Below are positions 34,903 through 44,357 of a DNA stretch of 64,000 nt, one piece after another. The stretch is from positions 814,251 through 878,250 of the forward strand of contig JBBCIQ010000004.1 in NCBI GenBank assembly GCA_037190045.1. The letters run 5' to 3'. Source of the stretch: Bryobacteraceae bacterium (lineage in GTDB: Bacteria; Acidobacteriota; Terriglobia; Bryobacterales; Bryobacteraceae). How positions within the stretch are numbered: the stretch's first letter is position 1; each line of letters begins with the position of its first letter. The notes beneath the pieces are model-generated. The model worked only from the letters and a program-made list of their open reading frames with translations. It had not been told where the DNA came from and ran no database searches. The translations under genes and the position numbers were made by a program.

Positions 34903-37325
34903 TGGATAATCAGTCCGTCAATGTCGATGTGAGTTCCTGTGGAAGCAGGATTCTTTGTCCCGGCTGGACGGATCTCGAGACTATGTTTACCGGGGCCGAA
35001 TCCTGAGATCTTTTCCTGTGACTGCCATTCAATATCAGGTGAGTAGGCATCAATTACTTTTACTTCTTCTCCATCGATGAGGACTTTGGCGTGTCCGCGA
35101 TTGAAGGCGCGAGTCAGGATGATGGTCACTTCTGATCCGGTGAATTTTGTCGTTACGGATGCTTCTGCCTTTTCTGTATACGTCAGGTAGCCGTGAAGCG
35201 CGTTTCCATCTACAAATCTCATCCATCCGAGAGAATATTTCAGGTGGGGATCTCCGTCATCATATTCACCGGGGGGGAGGAATTCATCCTGCAGATTTTC
35301 GGATGTTACCTCAGGTGGGTATACCAGTCGCACTACTTTCCAGCCTGCTGATACCTGTTCCGGTTCAGAGAATAGTACCTCGAATGACGCTTCCGGAGCA
35401 TGGGGCAATGACTGAAGATTACGAGGGACGATCAGGTATTCAATGTTGAGAGATTTGAAGAAATCCCGGCACTCTCCGGCTGACTTTAGTTGGTAAAGCT
35501 GTTCAAAAAATGGCGTATGGTGCCAGGAGATTGTGAATGCCTTGCCCTTTAGTCCAGCAATTGCATTGGTTCCGATAAATGCCACTGGTTTTCCGGGGTG
35601 AGCCTGATTCATATAATCCACCAGCGTCCGTTCAGAAGACTGCATGTCCCGGTAAGCTAATCTCTTTTCCGGCTGAAACAGATAAATCGGTGCAAGATCC
35701 CGGTGATACCAGCCTGAGGCAGGTAGGAACCAGAGGTTCAGGCTGAACAGGACCAGGGTTGCCACCACGGCCGCACGATACAGGTTTTGATGTCCTTCCC
35801 GCAGCAACAGGAAGAGGTTGCCGATGAAAATTGTCAGCAAAATCATGGCTGGGAACAGATAACGGGCATTGGACATGGACTGCATGCTGGCGATGAAGGA
35901 GACTGTGGCGATGCAGATTGCCGTCAGCGTCATCACGTTTCTTTTCCAGATGACTGCGGCGAATGCAATCGGGAGAAAGAATACGTACTGGAATGCCCAG
36001 CCTCCATTGAGACCTTCCAGAAATCGTCCAGTCTGGAAGGTCAAGTCATAGAGGGAAGAGAAAGAGAATCCTTCCTGGTATCGTGTATCCACAAATTTTA
36101 CTGTGGAATTGAAATAAGGAGATTTGAAGATGTGGTTCAGGAATGGGAATACCGGATTTCCCGTTTCCAGCCAGGCTCGAAGGTAGTGTGGAATACCGAA
36201 GAAAAGGACTAATCCCATGCTGGGCAGCGCCCATCGTTTCTGCTTCCATCGGGCGGCACACCAGAGCAGGAATAAAAAGGCGGGAGCTGCGAATCCCAGA
36301 GAGCCGAACTTTGTTGCCAGGCCGATTCCAAGAATAACTCCAGAAAGCAAGAGGCTTCGCTTTTTCCCTGTTTCCCAATAGTCGAGTGACAGCAGGAAAA
36401 CTGTGAACAGATTCATCGCCCAGAAGTTCTCAATGAATAATGATCCTGCTAATAGCTGGATGAGCGGGCTGGATGCAAACAGTGCAGTCAGAAGGAGTGA
36501 ATCCGTTAAAGGCAGAAAGCGTCGTAGCGAATGAGCGAGCATTCCCAGAATAATGATGAGAAAAGAAAAGTTCAGCAGTCGATCTGCATACTCTCCTCCC
36601 AGCATGTGTACGGCGGTATAAGCCCAGTCACCCATCATGGGCATTGAGGCCCACATGGTTTCCTTCGAATCAAAAATGAACTGATGATGTGCAGCAACGG
36701 AAGCAGGGATTGCCAGATGCATGGCTAAGCCATCGTGACTATATTCCGGCTTCATGGCGACCAGAAGATGAAGAAGAAAGCAGGCCATCAGGAGAATCGC
36801 CGATGCGTAGGCGGATAGACTCAGGTCTGGAATATTTGCTAGCTGTGTCCTGATCCTACGGAAGTCGGAAGCGAGATGATGTCGATGCAGGATCACCGGT
36901 ATGGCAAAGAGAAGCAGATAGGTTGCTGCATAGTTGATGGGGAACAGTGCCATCACTCCGATGATCCATGCAAAGAGGCTAATTCCAGTGCCCAGAGCAA
37001 TCCACCCATCCAGGCGCAGGAAGCGTCCCAGACACCAGGAAGAAAACAGAAACCCTACAACACTGAGCAATGGAATCGGACCAATAGCCGCAACCACATA
37101 AAATACACAGCCTGCGCTGATCATGCCCAGAGTTCTGTGCGGATTGAGTTTCCATCCCACTGCTGCCAATGGAAGAAGGATGGCAAGAAATACTCTCAGT
37201 TTCTGTAATCCCTGAGCTTCCCAGATGTGCTGCTGGAGCAGATCTCCAGAAATCAGGCCGTAAATAAAAAGGGCGGAACTGAATAGAAAAAGAATTCCGA
37301 TGGAAAGACTTTGCGGACTCAACAA
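34893..37325 (-). CDS. Large polytopic membrane protein, GT-C/ArnT-PMT-like candidate, with about 250-aa soluble C-terminal beta-rich domain
   Basis: TTG start overlapping the upstream GT2 stop. More than 12 hydrophobic helices fall in the first 550 aa or so. The C-terminal part (…GWMRFVDGNALHGYLTYTEKAEASVTTKFTGSEVTIIL…HIDIDGLIIH) looks like a carbohydrate-binding beta-sandwich. The GT-C assignment is inferred from topology and neighbourhood only. Confidence 0.5.
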   Translation of the reverse strand: MLSPQSLSIGILFLFSSALFIYGLISGDLLQQHIWEAQGLQKLRVFLAILLPLAAVGWKLNPHRTLGMISAGCVFYVVAAIGPIPLLSVVGFLFSSWCLGRFLRLDGWIALGTGISLFAWIIGVMALFPINYAATYLLLFAIPVILHRHHLASDFRRIRTQLANIPDLSLSAYASAILLMACFLLHLLVAMKPEYSHDGLAMHLAIPASVAAHHQFIFDSKETMWASMPMMGDWAYTAVHMLGGEYADRLLNFSFLIIILGMLAHSLRRFLPLTDSLLLTALFASSPLIQLLAGSLFIENFWAMNLFTVFLLSLDYWETGKKRSLLLSGVILGIGLATKFGSLGFAAPAFLFLLWCAARWKQKRWALPSMGLVLFFGIPHYLRAWLETGNPVFPFLNHIFKSPYFNSTVKFVDTRYQEGFSFSSLYDLTFQTGRFLEGLNGGWAFQYVFFLPIAFAAVIWKRNVMTLTAICIATVSFIASMQSMSNARYLFPAMILLTIFIGNLFLLLREGHQNLYRAAVVATLVLFSLNLWFLPASGWYHRDLAPIYLFQPEKRLAYRDMQSSERTLVDYMNQAHPGKPVAFIGTNAIAGLKGKAFTISWHHTPFFEQLYQLKSAGECRDFFKSLNIEYLIVPRNLQSLPHAPEASFEVLFSEPEQVSAGWKVVRLVYPPEVTSENLQDEFLPPGEYDDGDPHLKYSLGWMRFVDGNALHGYLTYTEKAEASVTTKFTGSEVTIILTRAFNRGHAKVLIDGEEVKVIDAYSPDIEWQSQEKISGFGPGKHSLEIRPAGTKNPASTGTHIDIDGLIIHQP

Positions 37326-38416
37326 GTGGTTTCTCTGGAAGGTACTTTTGTTGTTACTGCTGAGGTGTCGTCTGTTTCCGGTGGTACGACTTTTTTGCTT
37401 TTAAAGATGAAATCCCGCTGAATGATGAAGTTGACGAAAAACATGACAGATTCCACGGAGATTTTCGCAAACAGGATAGGGGTGGAGAAGTTTTCATGTA
37501 ACAACCGGATCAGGCTGTAGGCAATCAATCCATTTGCAAGAACCAACAAGATGTACTTGGGAAAGAGAACATGATGCGGTTCACTGGAAAGAAATACAGC
37601 GCGCCGTACCGATCTGTAGTTGAAGAGAATTGCTGTTACCCGCCCCAATAGCTGACTGAGTCCGAGCATTCCGGTCAGATAGTGAACCAGGAAGAAGACA
37701 CTGTTGTCTACGATAGCGGTCAGTAGTGACAGCACAGTGAATCGGAAAAGAACAAAATAGATCCGCACAGAGTCCAGTAACGGATTGAAGTGCGAGGAAG
37801 CATTGCCATCCAGGTAGATGGTTTCGATTTCCTGTTCATGGATCGGGCAGCCATGGTGTTTTGCTGCAATCAGCATTTCCAGCTCAAACTCATAGCGACG
37901 AGAAGGCAGGGTAAGAAGAGTCGGAAGTAAATGCCTGGGGATTGCACGCAGGCCCGTCTGCGTATCCCGTAAGGGTTGCCCCACCAGGAATCGAACAAGC
38001 AAGCGCGTGAGTTGATTGCCGAAACGACTCCGCAAAGGCACTTCAGTATTGAAGTGACGAACGCCCAGAATCAAAGATTGTGGATGTGCATCGGCAGTCT
38101 GGACCATCAGCGCAATATCCTGTGGCGAGTGTTGACCGTCTGCATCAGCGGTGATGATCCGGGTTAACTGGGGGATTTCACGAATAGCGAAATCAAATCC
38201 TGTTTTCAGTGCTGCGCCTTTGCCCTGATTTACCTCGTGATGAACCACTCTGACATGGGGGATCTCGGAACATTCCTCAAATATTTCCTGATAGGAAGAG
38301 CCGCTGCCGTCATCCACCAGAATGAGAACGGCGTCAGGAATTCTGCTGCTGATGTCCTGCAACAGGGCTGGAAGTTCAGAAAGAGGCCGAAAGGCCGGAA
38401 TCAGCAATACATTCAT
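37319..38416 (-). CDS. Family-2 glycosyltransferase (polyprenyl-phosphate sugar synthase-like) fused to a GtrA-like 4-TM domain
   Basis: VLILVDDGS, and ITADADGQH (DxD region) in the N-terminal half. The C-terminal 130 aa or so contains four TM helices resembling GtrA. Confidence 0.85.
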   Translation of the reverse strand: MNVLLIPAFRPLSELPALLQDISSRIPDAVLILVDDGSGSSYQEIFEECSEIPHVRVVHHEVNQGKGAALKTGFDFAIREIPQLTRIITADADGQHSPQDIALMVQTADAHPQSLILGVRHFNTEVPLRSRFGNQLTRLLVRFLVGQPLRDTQTGLRAIPRHLLPTLLTLPSRRYEFELEMLIAAKHHGCPIHEQEIETIYLDGNASSHFNPLLDSVRIYFVLFRFTVLSLLTAIVDNSVFFLVHYLTGMLGLSQLLGRVTAILFNYRSVRRAVFLSSEPHHVLFPKYILLVLANGLIAYSLIRLLHENFSTPILFAKISVESVMFFVNFIIQRDFIFKSKKVVPPETDDTSAVTTKVPSRETTC

Positions 38417-38502
38417 GAATTCAATTTTTGATATACGACCAATTATCTACACACTATACAGATTGTGATTCATTCGAAAGCCTATGCTAGGATGCGGGTT
38501 TT

Positions 38503-39003
38503 ATGAAATCAAGTCCAGTCGGGCCTGTTGCTGGAATGTGGATTGTCAGAACTTTTGCTGGAATCCAGGCGGGTATTCTCACAGGATTTGTAACCCTGTT
38601 CTGGTTTCTTCTGATTGCATTCTTGACTGAGGAGTCCATCTGGGTCTATTTCAATGTGTTTTCCTCGATCTTTAATCAAGGGAATCTTTCTCGTCTCGAT
38701 TTTAGTTTTTATACATGTTCCGGAATAGCCATCCATCTTTTGTGGTCCGCTTCTCTGGGGATTCTTTTTGGGTGGGTTGTTTCTGAAAACTGCAAATGGT
38801 TGAAATGCTTTGCATTAGCGGTTGTTTATATCTTTCTCGCTCAGGTTTTTTTGCAAAGAGGAGTGCTGGATCATTTGAATCCATGGGTGAATATGTATCT
38901 TTCTCCATTTCTGCTGCTGACAGCCAATTTTTTACTGGTGGGGGGTGTCAGTACAATTCCTTTTTTGATCCGCTCGATGCGAACAGACTTCCTGCTAAAA
39001 TAG
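38503..39003 (+). CDS. Integral membrane protein, unknown function
   Basis: 166 aa with 4-5 hydrophobic helices and no recognisable motif. Confidence 0.45.
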   Translation: MKSSPVGPVAGMWIVRTFAGIQAGILTGFVTLFWFLLIAFLTEESIWVYFNVFSSIFNQGNLSRLDFSFYTCSGIAIHLLWSASLGILFGWVVSENCKWLKCFALAVVYIFLAQVFLQRGVLDHLNPWVNMYLSPFLLLTANFLLVGGVSTIPFLIRSMRTDFLLK

Positions 39004-39120
39004 CGGATTGTGTTTTCCAGACGGTTGGCGGATTTTTTCGTAACCGGATCAACCAGGTTTGCGTCGGGATAGAGTCTGAACCCCGTTAGGGATACACACA
39101 GGAAAGGAATTCGCATCGGA

Positions 39121-42099
39121 ATGCAGTCTTGCAGGCGTTTGAGCCTGTCCACTGTGTTGGTTTGTGTCTCGTTGCTCTCATCTGCCCTGACGGGTCAGGA
39201 GCAACCGTCTTCTCCCAAACCAGCCCCATCGAAACAGCAGAATCCGTTTGAAACGGTGCCTGAGGCACCTGTTCAGGCACCAAAACCAGACCCTGCAAAG
39301 CAGGGTACTCCAGGTGCGCCTCCGCAACTGGAAACTCCCCAACCTGCCAAGCCGCAGGAACCGGGACTGGTGAAACCGGGAGAAACTCCAAATATTATTG
39401 AATTGATTGAGTTCAGAGGTTCTCGCCGGGTCCCGCAGGATACTCTCCGTGCTCTGATCTTTACCAAGCGTGGCGACCTCTATAATGAGGACGCCCTGAA
39501 CCGGGACTTCATGGCTCTCTGGAATACCGGACGCTTTGATGACATCCGACTGGAACGTGAAGCCGGAACCGCAGGCTGGATCATTCGTTTTGTCGTTCAG
39601 GAGCGCCGCGTTGTGCGATCCATTAAATACGATGGAATGAAGTCCATTACCATTTCAGAAATTCTTGACCGGTTCAAGGAACGTAAGGTTGGACTTCAGG
39701 TAGAAACTCAGTACGATCCCAATCGTGTCCAGCGGGCAGCCAATGTGATTCGGGAATATCTGGCAGAGCGTGGACGTCAGTTTGCTACTGTGACACCAGA
39801 TCTGCGGCAGATTCCACCCTCATCTCTGGAAGTCAACTTCCGCGTGCAGGAAGGTCCCAAGGTAAAAGTGGGGGAAATTGACCTCGAAGGGAATCAGGTA
39901 TTCAGCAAACGAGTCGTCACTCGTGCAATGAAGAATCTGCACCCCATCGGAATTCCATACTCCATTTTCATGGAGAACCTGTTCTCCAAAACATACGATT
40001 CCACCAAGCTGGAAGAAGATCAGGACCGTGTCCGCAACTTCTACCAGGAACGCGGTTACTTCACTGCCCGGGCAACCGGAGCAGATGTCGAGATTGTGGA
40101 TGTTGGTGGTGGAAAGTTTAAGATTCCTCTCTTCTACCCCAATAAGCCAGGCAAACGCGCCAATGTGAGGATGACGATTGAAGAAGGGAAGCAGTATCGC
40201 CTGGGCAAGATCAACTTCACCGGTGTGAAGTTCTTCCGAACTCCCGAGTCTCTCTTCCCCCCCATCTTCGGAATGGGTGAAGGCGATGTCTTCTCAACAG
40301 CCAAACTTCGCAAAGGAATGGAACAGTTCCGGAAGCTTTACGGCGAATTCGGTTTCCTTGACATGGTTCCTGAACCAGAGTTTGAGCCCGATACCAATAC
40401 AGGCATCCTGAATATGACCATGGCTGTGGACGAAGGCAAGCAGTTCTTTGTGCGCCGTATTGATTTCTCCGGGAATACAACCACTCGTGACAAAGTCATC
40501 CGTCGTGAAATCCTGATTGATGAAGGTGATCTGTTTAACACCCGTCTTTGGGAAGTCAGCTTGCTGCGTCTCAACCAGCTGGGCTATTTCGAAGTCCTGA
40601 AGGAAGAAGAAGCGGCCAACATTACTCGTGATACCCGGAACAATACCGTGGATATTACCCTGAAGGTGAAAGAGCGCGGACGAAACTCCATCCAGCTTTC
40701 TGGTGGTGTTTCCGGTATTGCTGGTTCCTTTATCTCTTTTGGGTACTCCACCAACAACTTCCTGGGTATGGGAGAAACACTCTCGGTTGATACCCAGATG
40801 GGTGACCGTATCCGGTCCGTTACATTTGGTTTTACCGAACCGTATCTGTTCGATAAGCCCATTCAGGCTGGCTTCACTGTTTTCTACCAGCGGTTCAACT
40901 ATGATCAGGGTCGTGAAGTTTCGCTCTTCTATGGCCGAAACATGACATCCCTTTATTCAAATCTTCCGCAGGGAAGTCTCTTGAATTACGTCTCAAATGG
41001 TGCTGGATTCAGTGTGTTTGGAACCACCATGTTGAAGCGTAGCTTTGCCCGCGTGGGTGTCAGCTATAACTTCAACCAGTCCAATATCCGGCCAATTTCA
41101 GATGGTGCTCAGAACTACTTCGAGTTCTTCAGCTTCCAGGGTATCGATGGCCCCAACCAGCTGAACGGAATCCGCACCACCAGCGTGATTCCCAACTACA
41201 GTTACAACACTATCGATCATCCCATCACGCCAAGTCGGGGTAGAAGTCTTTATATCTCCACCAATTTTGCCAGCAGCATCTTTGGTGGAAACGTCAACAT
41301 GATTGAACCCACCGTGGATGCGAAGTATTTCCGTTCAGGCTTCAAAAAGGGCCATGTCATCGGTATGCACTTCCTGGGTCGGTTCGTGACAGGATATGGC
41401 GGCAAGGCTGCACCTCCCTATAACCGCTATTACATGGGTGGTGAAAATGATATCCGTGGTTTCGATATCTGGGGCATCAGCCCGCTCGGATTTATTCCGG
41501 CAACTGCAAGAGTTCCAGTTCTGAATTCAGATGGTTCACAACGACAACAACGTTCCTATAATTTTAATGGACAGATCCAGTTAACTGATGTAGGAATGGA
41601 TATTCCCATTTATCGTCTGACTCAGATTGGTGGAGATACATCCGGTGTCTACAACTTTGAATACAGGATTCCCATCTTTGGCCCGGTTGTTCTTGCTGCA
41701 TTTGCGGACGTCGGAATTAATACGGTTCTGATGAAGAGCCAGTTGAAGATGAATCCACAGCGACTGGCTGATCTTCAGTATCAATATCCACAGTCGAATT
41801 TCAAGCAGGGAATTGAGCTTGCCAGTGGTCTGCTGAAACCCCGTATGTCCACGGGTCTGGAACTTCAGATCATGATGCCGGTGGTGAATGCACCGTTCCG
41901 GTTGTACTGGGCATACAATCCTTTAAATGTGCGTGAATACCTGCAACAGCCCATCGTTGCGGATCGTTCGATGTTCCCTAATGATGCTACGTACAACAAT
42001 GCAATGTTCAACTACGCGAATGGTGGTGGGCACGGTATGCCTACTCCATTCTTTGAACGGATGAAGACATTCCGGTTCACGATCAGTCGTACGTTCTGA
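39121..42099 (+). CDS. bamA: Outer membrane protein assembly factor BamA (POTRA repeats plus Omp85 barrel)
   Basis: Signal peptide, POTRA-like repeats (IEFRGSRRV..., IKYDGMKSI..., IDLEGNQVF..., INFTGVKFF..., IDFSGNTTTRD), barrel with GGENDIRGF, and C-terminal FRFTISRTF ending in Phe. Confidence 0.93.
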   Translation: MQSCRRLSLSTVLVCVSLLSSALTGQEQPSSPKPAPSKQQNPFETVPEAPVQAPKPDPAKQGTPGAPPQLETPQPAKPQEPGLVKPGETPNIIELIEFRGSRRVPQDTLRALIFTKRGDLYNEDALNRDFMALWNTGRFDDIRLEREAGTAGWIIRFVVQERRVVRSIKYDGMKSITISEILDRFKERKVGLQVETQYDPNRVQRAANVIREYLAERGRQFATVTPDLRQIPPSSLEVNFRVQEGPKVKVGEIDLEGNQVFSKRVVTRAMKNLHPIGIPYSIFMENLFSKTYDSTKLEEDQDRVRNFYQERGYFTARATGADVEIVDVGGGKFKIPLFYPNKPGKRANVRMTIEEGKQYRLGKINFTGVKFFRTPESLFPPIFGMGEGDVFSTAKLRKGMEQFRKLYGEFGFLDMVPEPEFEPDTNTGILNMTMAVDEGKQFFVRRIDFSGNTTTRDKVIRREILIDEGDLFNTRLWEVSLLRLNQLGYFEVLKEEEAANITRDTRNNTVDITLKVKERGRNSIQLSGGVSGIAGSFISFGYSTNNFLGMGETLSVDTQMGDRIRSVTFGFTEPYLFDKPIQAGFTVFYQRFNYDQGREVSLFYGRNMTSLYSNLPQGSLLNYVSNGAGFSVFGTTMLKRSFARVGVSYNFNQSNIRPISDGAQNYFEFFSFQGIDGPNQLNGIRTTSVIPNYSYNTIDHPITPSRGRSLYISTNFASSIFGGNVNMIEPTVDAKYFRSGFKKGHVIGMHFLGRFVTGYGGKAAPPYNRYYMGGENDIRGFDIWGISPLGFIPATARVPVLNSDGSQRQQRSYNFNGQIQLTDVGMDIPIYRLTQIGGDTSGVYNFEYRIPIFGPVVLAAFADVGINTVLMKSQLKMNPQRLADLQYQYPQSNFKQGIELASGLLKPRMSTGLELQIMMPVVNAPFRLYWAYNPLNVREYLQQPIVADRSMFPNDATYNNAMFNYANGGGHGMPTPFFERMKTFRFTISRTF

Positions 42100-42138
42100 T
42101 AGGCTTGCAGAGAGAGCCAGAGAAATAGGAGTTATTGA

Positions 42139-42723
42139 GTGAGTTTGAAAGTATCTATGGTTGTCCTCGCACTTGCTGCGTCAACCACTATTTTTGCCCA
42201 GGCACCATCCAAGGTTGGTGTCATCAATATCCAGCAGGCGATGCTGGCAACCAAGGATGGCCAGAAGGCCGCTCAGGAACTGTCAGCCCGTTTTGAACCG
42301 AAGCGGAAAGAGATCGAAGCAAAGAATGCCGAGATCGCCCAGTTGCAGGAACAGTTCCGTAAAATTCAGAACACTGCCAGTGAAGATCAGCGTGCAAAAC
42401 TGGCTCGTGACATCGACCAGAAGCAAAAAGCTCTGCAGCGTGATGGAGAAGATGCGGAAGCCGAATTCAACCAGGATCGGGAGCGCACTCTGGGTGAGCT
42501 GGGTAACCGGCTGATGCAGGTGATCGACAAGTATGCCCGTGAAAACGCTTACGCATTGATCCTGGATGTTTCCAGTCAGCAGAGTCCTGTCCTGTACATG
42601 GCGAATAATATCGACGTGACTGCAGAAATCATCAAAGCATTTGATGCAGCAAATGCTGCCGCTGCTCCGGCCGCTACTCCCAAGCCCCCGGCAGCTAAAC
42701 CAGCACCGGCAGCGAAGCCTTAA
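42139..42723 (+). CDS. skp: OmpH/Skp periplasmic chaperone
   Basis: GTG start 7 nt after AGGAG. Signal peptide, coiled-coil KxxQxE-rich core and a position after bamA. Confidence 0.85.
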   Translation: MSLKVSMVVLALAASTTIFAQAPSKVGVINIQQAMLATKDGQKAAQELSARFEPKRKEIEAKNAEIAQLQEQFRKIQNTASEDQRAKLARDIDQKQKALQRDGEDAEAEFNQDRERTLGELGNRLMQVIDKYARENAYALILDVSSQQSPVLYMANNIDVTAEIIKAFDAANAAAAPAATPKPPAAKPAPAAKP

Positions 42724-42741
42724 TTTGTTCCACTATCGATG

Positions 42742-42769
42742 AAAAAGGTCCGCAGAAGCGGACCTTTTT
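42742..42769. terminator. Bidirectional rho-independent terminator between skp and the convergent epimerase gene
   Basis: AAAAA-GGTCCGC-AGAA-GCGGACC-TTTTT: a 7-bp GC-rich stem at 42747-42753/42758-42764, flanked by an A-run and a T-run. Confidence 0.8.
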
Positions 42770-42793
42770 CTATTTATGCTTGCTGTTCAGGCT

Positions 42794-43804
42794 TTAGAAG
42801 CCGCTGGGGCGAATCCACCAGCTTTCACGCCACTTCCCGCCGGGTTCAACGGATTGCAGCTCTGAGTATTTGCCTGCATGATTCAGATTGAATACATTTG
42901 TGACGCCAGCCATTGGTTCAAAGCAGATGAAATCACGACCGGATGGGGCATAGACAACTCCCACCGGATACTTTGGACCAAATAGAAAACTCAGCTTCTG
43001 TTTTCCATTGGTCACCCAGAATTCAGCACTCCCCTGATTATCACGGACGAGTGAGGTGTAGACATCGTCCTGCTCAGCACCCTTCAGTGAAAAGGGGGAC
43101 GGAATAGTGACATCCTTCTGCTCACCCGTCGGAACCAGTTCAGCAGATAGCGTTACATGCTTCTGCGCTGGAATATGAACAGACCAGGAATCCCGATCTC
43201 CGGGAAGCATGTAGTAGGGGTGATAGCCAATGGCGACGGGCATTTTTTCCGTAGAAAGATTTTCCAGTTCGGTGATGACCTCCAGTGATCCGTTTTTGAG
43301 GACATAGGTCATCTCAATGGTGTGGGCAAACGGAAACTGAGCCATCCATTCGGGGTAGCGGAAGAACTCCAGTCTGCTCTTCACCCGTGCGCCATTTTCA
43401 GTACTGGTTTCCACCACCTTCCACTGATCGGAGAACATCAGAAGTCCGTGGATGGGATTCTGGTTGGCATCACGACGGAGATTGCCGAGTTCGGGATTCA
43501 GTTTGTACTCTTTGCCATTCGCCCAGTAGGACAATCCCTGAATGCGGTTGGCCCAAGGAGCAAGAAAAGGGTTTCCGATCAATGCTGGTTTTTCCCGAAG
43601 CGCACTGAGGGACTGTTGATTGGACCAGAAGATCTCCTGACCTTTGATCTTCATCGAATAGGAATTATTGCCGATGGATGGTGCAATGCGTACTTCTGTC
43701 TGGTGTTGCTGATCAGTCAGAAGGACAACGGAAACTCCATCCACCGTTTCATTGGTTACGGTGTATTGTGCGGCGATCGACATGAGAAGAAGAAGTGGTG
43801 TCAC
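42794..43804 (-). CDS. Aldose 1-epimerase (galactose mutarotase family)
   Basis: Blocks NPFLAPWANRI, IGYHPYY and ICFEPM. The start is either GTG 43804 or ATG 43783. Confidence 0.85.
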   Translation of the reverse strand: MTPLLLLMSIAAQYTVTNETVDGVSVVLLTDQQHQTEVRIAPSIGNNSYSMKIKGQEIFWSNQQSLSALREKPALIGNPFLAPWANRIQGLSYWANGKEYKLNPELGNLRRDANQNPIHGLLMFSDQWKVVETSTENGARVKSRLEFFRYPEWMAQFPFAHTIEMTYVLKNGSLEVITELENLSTEKMPVAIGYHPYYMLPGDRDSWSVHIPAQKHVTLSAELVPTGEQKDVTIPSPFSLKGAEQDDVYTSLVRDNQGSAEFWVTNGKQKLSFLFGPKYPVGVVYAPSGRDFICFEPMAGVTNVFNLNHAGKYSELQSVEPGGKWRESWWIRPSGF

Positions 43805-43894
43805 GGTATTGAATCAGTCCCAGGCCAGATTGCAATTCATTTCTGGCAGGACCAGCATACTACCGTGAACAAAGTGACAGCAGAACTATCTGTT

Positions 43895-44302
43895 TTATCT
43901 GCGGCGCATTCGACTGCTTCTCAGCGTGACAAGGCTGAATAGCGTGGCAATGATAGCTCCGCCAAATAACAGGACACCCATCCAGAATGCATCCGGACTC
44001 TCAAATGTATAGCTGGACAGAAACAACCAGCGGAACATCATGATGGTGATGGCAATTGCGTAAAGTGAAAACAGCCAGCGAAGCTTTCCGAGGACTGCCA
44101 ACAGGATGGTGATCAGTCCCATTCCGCCGATTCCCAGAAGCAGCCGACTCAGATCTTCACCTGTCTGTGACATCATTCCACCGGAATTAAGGGTATGAAA
44201 ACCGGAAAAATAGGCAACCAGTGCAATCCCGGCCAGAAAAGCGGAAATTCCGGCAAAGTAGAGATACGCGAAGGAACGCATCAGGGCGTGCATTATTTGC
44301 AT
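43895..44302 (-). CDS. Small integral membrane protein (4 TM), unknown function
   Basis: 135 aa, four hydrophobic helices and a basic C-terminus RSSRMRRR. Confidence 0.5.
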   Translation of the reverse strand: MQIMHALMRSFAYLYFAGISAFLAGIALVAYFSGFHTLNSGGMMSQTGEDLSRLLLGIGGMGLITILLAVLGKLRWLFSLYAIAITIMMFRWLFLSSYTFESPDAFWMGVLLFGGAIIATLFSLVTLRSSRMRRR

Positions 44303-44357
44303 GAAGCCGATATTGTAACAACCTACAACCCTGCGATAGTAGACTAAAATACACTCT

